The notes under the pieces are model-generated. The model was not told the origin of the DNA, did no database searches, and worked only from the letters and a program-made list of their open reading frames with translations. A stretch of 64,000 nucleotides of DNA, from assembly GCA_012838795.1 (NCBI GenBank), contig DUOO01000003.1, positions 568 through 64,567 of the forward strand. The letters are read 5' to 3'. This DNA comes from Clostridiaceae bacterium (GTDB lineage Bacteria > Bacillota > Clostridia > Saccharofermentanales > DTU023). A program made the translations under genes and the position numbers. Shown here one piece after another: positions 39,748-50,904 of this stretch (its first letter is position 1; each line of letters begins with the position of its first letter).

Positions 39748-40395
39748 ATGAAAAATAAAATTTCTTATATTCCGGAAACTTGGGATCATGCAAATTCATA
39801 TATAATTCATGGAGCAAAAGATTATTTGATTGATCCTTCAATTGCTTATGATCAAAATATTGCAGATAACCTAAACGGTATCATTGCAACCCACTTTCAT
39901 TATGATCACATAAGTCATGTTGAAGAATGGCGTAAAAAAACCGGTTTAGACTTTATGATGCCGGAAGGTGATATTCCGTTTCTTACAGATCCCGAAGCCA
40001 ATTGTTCGATAGATTATGGTAAACCGACTCACTATTCTGCTGCCGATTTTTATTATACGGATCAGGAAAAAATTCAGTTAGAACCTGATTTAAGGTTAAT
40101 TGTTTATCATACACCGGGACATACGCCCGGATGCTCCTGTATATTATTGCAGAATAAACAAGATGATGTTTATCAACCTTTGGCATTGATTTCAGGTGAT
40201 ACATTGTTTGCCAACAGTATCGGACGTACTGATCTCAAAGGGGGAAATCCTGCTGATATGGAAAAATCGCTTGACCGGTTAACGAAGATATTACAAAACT
40301 TACCACAAGATTTGCCGGTTTTGCCGGGTCACGGTTCACCGTTTTTAATTAGAGATGCTTTCCGATTTAATCCTTTTATCAGACAATTTCTGTAG
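39748..40395 (+). CDS. MBL-fold metallo-hydrolase (glyoxalase II-like)
   Basis: THFHYDH, HTPGHTPG, SGDTLF, GRTDL, PGHG. Confidence 0.92.
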   Translation: MKNKISYIPETWDHANSYIIHGAKDYLIDPSIAYDQNIADNLNGIIATHFHYDHISHVEEWRKKTGLDFMMPEGDIPFLTDPEANCSIDYGKPTHYSAADFYYTDQEKIQLEPDLRLIVYHTPGHTPGCSCILLQNKQDDVYQPLALISGDTLFANSIGRTDLKGGNPADMEKSLDRLTKILQNLPQDLPVLPGHGSPFLIRDAFRFNPFIRQFL

Positions 40396-40638
40396 ATAAT
40401 CCGGTCTTATGTGATTGAGTTGCTTTTAGGTATAACAAATACTAATGTTCTGATTTTGCTCACAGTATTAATCTGAAATCAAATGTCATCTACCGTAAAA
40501 TATAAGAGAATTGCGGATAGTTTGTATTTTTTGTGTATTTTGTTTTTAATTTCTAATTTTCTTGTACCTGATTCGGATTTTTATTGAATAAGTGTTATTA
40601 TATGCAATGTTAATTTATTAGGATGATTTGGAGGGCTT

Positions 40639-41685
40639 ATGGATAAGTTATTATCTGAATTACAAGCGATTGAAGATAAATTTCGAGCTGACATGAGTTC
40701 TATTGTTAATCAACAAGAGCTGGAAGACATCAGGATCAAATTATTAGGTAAAAAAGGCGAAATAACATCTATTATGAAAAATATGGGACGCCTTTCCAAT
40801 GAAGATAAGCCTAAATTAGGCCAGGCAGCCAACAGAATTCGTCAATTTGTTGAACAAAAAATTACAGAAAAACAAGCTGAATTAAATGTCAAAGCTGAAC
40901 AAGCGAAGATTGCAAGTGAAATGCTTGATATCAGTATGCCGGGCAAAGTTGTAAAAGTTGGCGGCAGACATCCTCTGACTTTAATGTCGGATGAAATCTG
41001 CGATACCTTTATCGGTCTGGGTTATACAATTGCTGAAGGACCGGACGTAGAGCTGGATCTTTATAATTTTGAATTGCTCCGTTTACCCAAAGGCCATCCC
41101 GCACGTGATGAACAAGACACATTTTATCTTGATTATGAAAATGGTGTTTTATTAAGATCACAAACTTCTCCGGTGCAAATCAGAGTAATGAATCAACAAA
41201 AACCTCCTATTTATATAGTTTGTCCCGGCAGAGTATATCGTTCAGATACTGTTGACGCTACTCATTCACCGATTTTTCATCAGATTGAAGGTTTAGCAGT
41301 TGATGAAAATATCAGTATGACTGACTTAGTTGCTGCATTAGAGCTTTTTGCCAGAAGATTATTCGGCAAAGAGACCAGAATTCGTTTGCGACCCCATCAT
41401 TTCCCGTTTACTGAACCAAGCTGTGAAGTGGACATTTCTTGTTGGACTTGCAGTGGTCATGATCCGAATTGCAAAACTTGTCGCGGTGAAGGATTTATCG
41501 AAATTTTAGGTGGCGGTATGGTTCATCCGGAAGTTTTAGAAAACTGTGGAATTGACTCAAATAAATATAGCGGCTTTGCTTTCGGTATAGGTGTCGAACG
41601 TGTTGCCATGGGGCGATATGATGTAACCGACATCAGAAATTTCTATGAAAATGATTTGCGTTTCTTAGAACAATTCAGTAAGTGA
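40639..41685 (+). CDS. pheS: Phenylalanine--tRNA ligase alpha subunit
   Basis: HPARDEQDTF, RSQTSPVQ, DATHSP, FPFTEPS, GFAFGIGVER. Confidence 0.98.
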   Translation: MDKLLSELQAIEDKFRADMSSIVNQQELEDIRIKLLGKKGEITSIMKNMGRLSNEDKPKLGQAANRIRQFVEQKITEKQAELNVKAEQAKIASEMLDISMPGKVVKVGGRHPLTLMSDEICDTFIGLGYTIAEGPDVELDLYNFELLRLPKGHPARDEQDTFYLDYENGVLLRSQTSPVQIRVMNQQKPPIYIVCPGRVYRSDTVDATHSPIFHQIEGLAVDENISMTDLVAALELFARRLFGKETRIRLRPHHFPFTEPSCEVDISCWTCSGHDPNCKTCRGEGFIEILGGGMVHPEVLENCGIDSNKYSGFAFGIGVERVAMGRYDVTDIRNFYENDLRFLEQFSK

Positions 41686-41692
41686 GGTAAAA

Positions 41693-44155
41693 GTGATGAA
41701 AGCTTCTCTGGAATGGATTAAAGATTTTACAGAATATCAGGGAGATATACAAACTTTTGTTGATGGAATGACTTTATCCGGCACCAAAGTCGAATCTTTG
41801 GAATATGAAGGTGCTGACCTGAAAAAACTTGTCGTGGGTCATGTTTTAGAAAAAAATCAACATCCAAATGCGGACCGTCTTTCAGTTTGTCAAGTTGATG
41901 TCGGTACAGAGATTGTGCAAATCGTATGTGGAGCACCGAATGTAGCTGCCGGACAAAAAGTTATAGTGGCTTTGCCGGGAGCGGTCTTGGCAGGCGGTTT
42001 CAAAATAAAAAAAGCAAAAATGCGCGGTGAAGAGTCTAACGGTATGATCTGTTCGATTGATGAATTAGGTTTTTCGGTTCATGAATTTCCCGATGCAGTA
42101 TCCGACGGCATTTATGTATTACCGGACGATTCACCGGTAGGAAACGATGCCTTGGATGTTATCGGTATCGGTCAGGAAATCATTGAATTTGAGATAACTT
42201 CCAATCGTCCGGATTGTTTGGCAGTCGAAGGTTTGGCTAGAGAGACCTCGGTTGTTTTTGATACGAAGTTTACTGCTTTAGATAAAAAACCGAATAATTT
42301 TTCTGATTTAAAATCTGAAGACATTGCCTCAATTGTGGTTGAAGCGCCCGATTTATGTTCAGCTTTTATCGGTAGAATTGTCACAGATGTAAAAATTGAG
42401 CAGTCGCCGATTTGGATGCAAAAAAGATTACGAGCTGCAGGCATGAGACCGATCAACAATATCGTTGATATAACGAACTTTGTCATGTTGAGCTTAGGCC
42501 AGCCGATGCATGCTTATGACTTGGATTTTCTAACCGATCATTCTATTATTGTTCGTCGCGCCGAAGATCAGGAAATGATGACTTTGCTTGATGGAACTGA
42601 AATCAAAATGAACTCGGATAATTTGGTAATTGCTGATACTGCGGGAGCGGTCGGCTTAGCGGGTGTGATGGGCGCTGAGAATTCAGAAGTCCGGGATTCT
42701 ACAAAAGCAATTCTGTTTGAAGCAGCAAATTTTTCCAAAACTTCAGTTCGCAAAACAGCCAAAGAATATAATTTGCGTTCAGAGGCATCATTGCGCTTTG
42801 AAAAAGGTTTGCCGGCACAAAATGCTCAACGCGCAATGGATTATGCATGTTATTTAATTGAAGAATTAAATTGTGGAAAAGTTGCGTCTACTGAAATTAC
42901 GGTTGCCGAGAAGTTCCCCGTATTACACAAGATTGAATACACTGCACAAGGCATTAACAAATTGACCGGGGTAGATTTAAGTATTGAACAAATTAATCAG
43001 ATTCTGAATAAACTTGAATTGGACATTGAACCGACTGAAAACTCAGATATTTATGTTGCAACAATTCCTTATTTCAGGGGTGATCTTAAAATTGAAGCTG
43101 ATTTAGCGGAAGAAGTTGCCAGAATATATGGTTATGACAAAATTGAAAGTCGTTTCAGCAAAGGCAACACACCGACTTTAGGCGGTCGCAATGCAACTCA
43201 ACTTGATGTTGAAAAAATCCGCCGTGTATTAGAAGCTTGCGGAGCATATGAAGCATACACTTATTCATTTGTTTCACCGACCGATGTTGTCAGACTGGGT
43301 TTAGATTCTGAACATGCTTTGAGTCAACAATTAACGATTCTTAATCCGTTGGGTGAAGAGTATTCAAAAATGCGAACTACAATGCTGCCCAGTCTGTTGA
43401 GAGTTATTGAACATAATTTGTCTCATGGTAATTTGAGTGGTGTTTTATATGAATTAGGAAAAACTTATCATCCATTAAATACCTTACCTGATTATGGTTT
43501 GACTGCTGCATATCAAGATGAACATTTGCCTGATGAACGAGAACATGTTACTGTTGCTCTCTTTGATCAAAACTTAAAAGATAGTTCTCAAGGCTATTTT
43601 ATACTAAAAGGAATTATGGAAGAGCTTTTCCGTCATTTAGGCATAGTTGAGTTTCAAGTTTCCAGGGTTGGTCCGGATCATCCCTATTATCATCCGGGAC
43701 AGACAGCATCGGTTTATTTGCCTGATTACACCGACCCGATCGGTTTAATAGGAACAATTCATCCGGGCTCTGCAAAGGAATTTGCTGTTACGCCGAACAC
43801 TTATTTTTTAGATTTGGAATTACATCCCTTGTTGAAAGCCAAACGTGAAAAAATTCTTTTCAAGGCATTACCTAAATATCCTGCAATTACCAGAGATTTG
43901 TCATTTGTTATGCCAAGAGAAAATCTGGTTTCAGAAGTTGAAGCAGAAATTGTCGGTTTGGCAGGTTCTCTCTTGGAATCAATTCGAATTTTCGATGTTT
44001 ACCAAGGTCAAGGAATTGCCGAAGATAAAAAATCAGTAGCGTTTTCGTTAGTATTCAGAGATGCTGAACGCACTTTAAGTGACCGGGAAATCAATCCGAT
44101 CATGCAGAAAATAATTGTTAATATGGCGAAAAGAGATATTCTGTTAAGAGCATAA
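41693..44155 (+). CDS. pheT: Phenylalanine--tRNA ligase beta subunit
   Basis: HPNADRL, CGAPN, TSNRPD, VDITN, RFEKG, EEVARIYGY, RDLSF. Confidence 0.98.
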   Translation: MMKASLEWIKDFTEYQGDIQTFVDGMTLSGTKVESLEYEGADLKKLVVGHVLEKNQHPNADRLSVCQVDVGTEIVQIVCGAPNVAAGQKVIVALPGAVLAGGFKIKKAKMRGEESNGMICSIDELGFSVHEFPDAVSDGIYVLPDDSPVGNDALDVIGIGQEIIEFEITSNRPDCLAVEGLARETSVVFDTKFTALDKKPNNFSDLKSEDIASIVVEAPDLCSAFIGRIVTDVKIEQSPIWMQKRLRAAGMRPINNIVDITNFVMLSLGQPMHAYDLDFLTDHSIIVRRAEDQEMMTLLDGTEIKMNSDNLVIADTAGAVGLAGVMGAENSEVRDSTKAILFEAANFSKTSVRKTAKEYNLRSEASLRFEKGLPAQNAQRAMDYACYLIEELNCGKVASTEITVAEKFPVLHKIEYTAQGINKLTGVDLSIEQINQILNKLELDIEPTENSDIYVATIPYFRGDLKIEADLAEEVARIYGYDKIESRFSKGNTPTLGGRNATQLDVEKIRRVLEACGAYEAYTYSFVSPTDVVRLGLDSEHALSQQLTILNPLGEEYSKMRTTMLPSLLRVIEHNLSHGNLSGVLYELGKTYHPLNTLPDYGLTAAYQDEHLPDEREHVTVALFDQNLKDSSQGYFILKGIMEELFRHLGIVEFQVSRVGPDHPYYHPGQTASVYLPDYTDPIGLIGTIHPGSAKEFAVTPNTYFLDLELHPLLKAKREKILFKALPKYPAITRDLSFVMPRENLVSEVEAEIVGLAGSLLESIRIFDVYQGQGIAEDKKSVAFSLVFRDAERTLSDREINPIMQKIIVNMAKRDILLRA

Positions 44156-44211
44156 ATTAAAAAGATAAAAATAATTTTAATTGATATTTATAGAATATGA
44201 CCCATAATAAG

Positions 44212-44241
44212 TAGCTCAGCAAAATCAGTTTTGCTGAGCTA
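44212..44241 (+). terminator. Probable intrinsic terminator after pheT
   Basis: TAGCTCAGCAAAA-TCAG-TTTTGCTGAGCTA, 13-bp perfect stem. Confidence 0.7.
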
Positions 44242-44286
44242 TATTAATTTGGAGTTTGTTTCATCATACTTCATTTTCAGAAGTTC

Positions 44287-44508
44287 TGTGTCAAAAAAGC
44301 CGTTTCTGCGGATAAAAATCCACAAGATCGTAAATTTTGACATGTTTGACTTGGTAATGTGCCAAAAAAGCCGGTTGTGTGGATTGCAATCCGCAGGACT
44401 GTAATTTCTGACACTGCAGCACCAATATCCAAAGGATCCTGTGCCAAAAAAGCCGTTTCTGCGGATCCGAGCCTACAGTGCACCCGCAGGCTCGTAGTTT
44501 TTGACACG
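44287..44508. repeat. Array of three diverged palindromic units (58, 58 and 69 bp) of the same family as 25414-25682
   Basis: TGTGYCAAAAAAGCCG at 44287, 44358 and 44440, each followed by N4-TGYGGAT-loop-AYCCRCARG-N2-YGTA-..TTYTGACA. Confidence 0.9.
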
Positions 44509-44804
44509 TCTATTTAATACTAATATTTTAAAACTCAGTTTTTTTAATAATTGTCAAATATATTGGTTTTTCTCAAAATAATGAAGAGTTTTCTTGCAAA
44601 TAATTATTATAATATCAAGTGAAAGTATCAGATTATTTTTCGTTTTCAATTTATATCAATTTCTGAATAGTATTTGATTAATACGGACTGATTATATCTT
44701 TGATTATTACTTACATTTATCTGAAATATTGTTTTTATCTTTAGTTTATTTCGAAGAATTAAGAACTGAATAATAAGCACTTTATGAAATTAGGAGGGAT
44801 TATT

Positions 44805-45101
44805 ATGTTAAGTCTGGAAGCTATTTTGTGTGTGCCTTTATGCATGACCATCTTTACTCAAGCGATTTTTTACTTGAAACCGATCGAATTAAGAATCGAG
44901 CAACAAGCAAAAATTATTGCAACAGATCGAATTGCTGAACCGAAGAATCAACCTATATATAAATTTAATTCGGAAAATCAGGTGATTAATCTACAAGTTA
45001 ATCCGCAAAAAGTAAAAGAAATATTATCCCTGGGTTTAGATATTAAAAACAGCTTATGGGACAGAGATAAGATATATCCAGAACAAAATTTGAATAATTG
45101 A
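44805..45101 (+). CDS. Small TadE-like (Flp/Tad minor pilin-like) protein
   Basis: MLSLEAILCVPLCM hydrophobic N-terminus with Glu5 and Pro; AGGAGG SD 7 nt before ATG 44805 (ORF track starts at 44784). Confidence 0.55.
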   Translation: MLSLEAILCVPLCMTIFTQAIFYLKPIELRIEQQAKIIATDRIAEPKNQPIYKFNSENQVINLQVNPQKVKEILSLGLDIKNSLWDRDKIYPEQNLNN

Positions 45102-45246
45102 TAAGTTATCAAACAAGAAAACAAATAAGAAGAACTGCCCTCAAGACCTTAAGTCAGTACATTTAATAAGGGATTGACGATACTAACCGAAAGAGGAAAA
45201 GAGGACGCTTTATCTGTTTTTATAAACTATGATGCGAGGTATAATT

Positions 45247-46743
45247 ATGAACTCGGATAATTTGAATGGTTTGAAGTCATTTATAATCAAACGGCTGAAT
45301 TTACTGAAAAATAAAATCAGAGCCGAAGAAGCCAACACCAGCTTGTTTTTTTTGATATTACTGCCAATTACAGTTATGGTTTTGTTTTTAACATTTGAAA
45401 ATGTCCAGTTAAGAAGAGAAGAACTTGATTTTGTGCGTAGTTGTGAAACTAGTTTAGATCTTGCTCTGGCGGATTATGATCGACAATTATGGCAGGAGTT
45501 CGGTTTATGGGGAGTAGAAAGCAATTTATTAAATCAGCATAAGAATGAAATGGAGCAGAATTTTGTTTCGGATAGACACGAGGTGGAAATTGAAATTTCC
45601 GGGATACATAATCTTGAAGATACCGAGCAATTAAGAAAACAAATTTTACGACATATGAGTGTAAGATCTCCTTTTTTAGCAATTGAAGAAATCATCAAAA
45701 GGATTGGTAATGTTGGTATTATGAGTGAGCAACTCAATAATAGTTCAGTTTTAGCGGAGATTACTTCAAAAAGTAATTTGGTCGATCCTGAATTCATAAT
45801 CGCCAACCCGGATTCCGCTGCAGGTGATTTGGCAAGTTTGGATGTGGAAATTAAACCGGAAGATCAAGAGACATTGGAGGAAATGTCCAATAGCGAACTT
45901 AATACTTTATCCGAAAGTTCTTTGGAAATACTGGCGAAATTAATTGAAGAAGCTAAGACGATGATTGTCCCGATGTATGAATCAACAGGAAATCCGGTTC
46001 CCGCTAATCCTCTGGCACCTGGTTCATTACAGAATATTACAAATTTTTTCGATCAATTTTTATTAAATTATGATATTCCGATAATCAGTCGATTGCAAAT
46101 TCAGGAATATATGTTGAATTACTATCCCATGCAAGTTACGGAATTAGAAATGTCAGGAAATAAAACTCCGCTGCAAACACCTGATGGCAGGTTACATTCA
46201 GACTTACATGCATCAGGTAGAAAGAATGAAGTTGAACAGATTATTTTTAATACAAATGATCCCGATTCTGCAGCATCTAAAGCTAAATGGGGCATTAGAG
46301 GAATCTGCTTTACGTATCACCTGATTGATAATTTTACCGATGAAGCCAAACAGTCAGTTTATTTGTTGCAAGCAACGGGGATTAGTACTGCGATAGCAGT
46401 AGTCAGTATAGGACATATTGTGATTGATCCTCAAACATTGGTATATACAATAACTTTAATAGATTCATTATCGCAAGCTTTTGCGGATAGTGATCAGTTG
46501 CTTGCGGGGGAAGAACTTACTTTTCCGATCGGCGATTTAGAGATTAATATAAATTATCGAGATTTAATGAGAGTATTTACCTTGTTCAAAAATGAAGACA
46601 ATTTGCTGTCAGGAATTAATAATATGCGGAAAAAGACCGTACCGGGAAATTTCATTACTGCGATTAAATTAGATGGATGTTTTCGTAATAGTTCGATTTG
46701 TCTGAGCAGGGAATATTCAGACTTTATTATTAAAAAACCGTAA
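45247..46743 (+). CDS. Tad-associated pilin-like protein (DUF5702-like / TadG-like)
   Basis: Basic leader then hydrophobic helix; LADYDRQLWQEFGLWG, QEYMLNY, EVEQII, YRDLMRVF motifs recalled from clostridial Tad loci. Confidence 0.6.
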   Translation: MNSDNLNGLKSFIIKRLNLLKNKIRAEEANTSLFFLILLPITVMVLFLTFENVQLRREELDFVRSCETSLDLALADYDRQLWQEFGLWGVESNLLNQHKNEMEQNFVSDRHEVEIEISGIHNLEDTEQLRKQILRHMSVRSPFLAIEEIIKRIGNVGIMSEQLNNSSVLAEITSKSNLVDPEFIIANPDSAAGDLASLDVEIKPEDQETLEEMSNSELNTLSESSLEILAKLIEEAKTMIVPMYESTGNPVPANPLAPGSLQNITNFFDQFLLNYDIPIISRLQIQEYMLNYYPMQVTELEMSGNKTPLQTPDGRLHSDLHASGRKNEVEQIIFNTNDPDSAASKAKWGIRGICFTYHLIDNFTDEAKQSVYLLQATGISTAIAVVSIGHIVIDPQTLVYTITLIDSLSQAFADSDQLLAGEELTFPIGDLEININYRDLMRVFTLFKNEDNLLSGINNMRKKTVPGNFITAIKLDGCFRNSSICLSREYSDFIIKKP

Positions 46744-46798
46744 AAAATGTACTGCTGTTAAACAACAGTCAAATTAATCGAAAAGAGAAATTCGATAT

Positions 46799-47848
46799 AT
46801 GCTTAAAAAGAATAATCAAAAGTATATGTTTAATAAAAGCAACACTAAACTCCGAGAAGAAAAAGGCAGTATAGTTTTTGAAGCAGCTATCATTATGCCT
46901 TTAATGATTTTCATCTGTTATTTTATGTTGAGTGTGATACTTACAGCGCAACATGAAATCCTTATGCGTTATGCTCTGGATCAAACAGCAAAAGAATTAT
47001 CGTTATTAATTCCGTTGGCGGAAGGGATATATTCAGAAATTGATCACAGTACAATTGATGAATTAATCAACTCAATTATTCCGGAATCTGCTTTTGAATT
47101 CAGACAAGCAGCAGGCGATTTAGCCGGTTCGATATTTCTGCAAAACTTTTTACAAGCACGTATTGAAAAATGGCTGATTGACGGTGCGGATCGATTAGGA
47201 GTTAAAATTCCGTCTGATTACAGACAAATAATTTTGACTTCAATTTCTGATCACAGTTTGCAATTAAAGTTGATATTTCATATTAAAACTCCTTGGACAA
47301 CCACTGAAAGAAGCACAGTCAGTTACGTTCCGGTCTGGACAAAATATGACAGTAAGTATCAAATAAAAAATGAGAAAATCAATGAAGATGAAGCAGCGGA
47401 CAACATTTGGTCAGAACATAACTTCACTCGAGGAAAATATTTCAGAGAATTGTATAACGCTAATTTACCTTTCAATTATCCGACTATTTGTCGTTATCAA
47501 GCAGGAGAGATTTTGGCAGTAAGAAGTCTTGATTTAACTGCTCCGAGTTACAATTCAGCTGAAACGGTAAAGTTGCAGATCGAACAAGAGATCAACAATT
47601 TGGCTAACTTTTCAGGTTCGGAGCGTGATACCGGGTTATCTGTCGGCAAAATAACTTCAGATGACATTTCTGCAAGGAAATTGATAGTTGTTATACCGGG
47701 TAACTCAGATTATGATTTAAACTCTCAATTGTTTAACAACATTGAAACATTTGCTTCAAATTCTGATGTTAATATCCAAATTGATATCAGAGGCAATAGC
47801 TATCGCTATTTACCAAAATCGGAGTCAGATAATTCTGATGAAAAATGA
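46799..47848 (+). CDS. TadE family pilin with C-terminal CdiA-toxin-like (PD-(D/E)xK) nuclease-fold domain
   Basis: Prepilin site KG^SIVFEAAIIMP; C-terminal W..NFTRG...NLPFNYPTI...RSLDLTAPSY...INNLANF...ISARKLIVVIP. Confidence 0.72.
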   Translation: MLKKNNQKYMFNKSNTKLREEKGSIVFEAAIIMPLMIFICYFMLSVILTAQHEILMRYALDQTAKELSLLIPLAEGIYSEIDHSTIDELINSIIPESAFEFRQAAGDLAGSIFLQNFLQARIEKWLIDGADRLGVKIPSDYRQIILTSISDHSLQLKLIFHIKTPWTTTERSTVSYVPVWTKYDSKYQIKNEKINEDEAADNIWSEHNFTRGKYFRELYNANLPFNYPTICRYQAGEILAVRSLDLTAPSYNSAETVKLQIEQEINNLANFSGSERDTGLSVGKITSDDISARKLIVVIPGNSDYDLNSQLFNNIETFASNSDVNIQIDIRGNSYRYLPKSESDNSDEK

Positions 47849-47872
47849 TATTGAGCAAGTTGTTATATTAAA

Positions 47873-47901
47873 TTGCTTAAAAAAAGCTGATAAGCTATCA
47901 T
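47873..47901 (+). promoter_or_regulatory. Putative sigma-A promoter of secA
   Basis: TTGCTT-17 bp-TATCAT. Confidence 0.4.
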
Positions 47902-48005
47902 TTAATATGGTTTTGACTAAAATTAATAAATATAACCAAGGAATCAGAACTGACAAGTTAAGTGAAACGAACAAATAAATCATGGATATAGGAAGACACT
48001 AATAT

Positions 48006-50846
<2,841 letters not shown>

Positions 50847-50904
50847 TAATCATTCAATAACAGCAACTTGATTTTTAATTTAATAAAGTTGAAAAAACAG
50901 TTTG

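Noticed and set aside
40396-40638. T-box leader upstream of pheS
   Set aside because: No GGTGGTACCGCG-like T-box sequence or terminator hairpin; the region is plain AT-rich
45102-45246. c-di-GMP riboswitch between the Tad genes (CCGAAAG...GGACGC)
   Set aside because: Lacks the GGCAAA start, a paired GAAA tetraloop stem and the GCAAAGC/P2 elements
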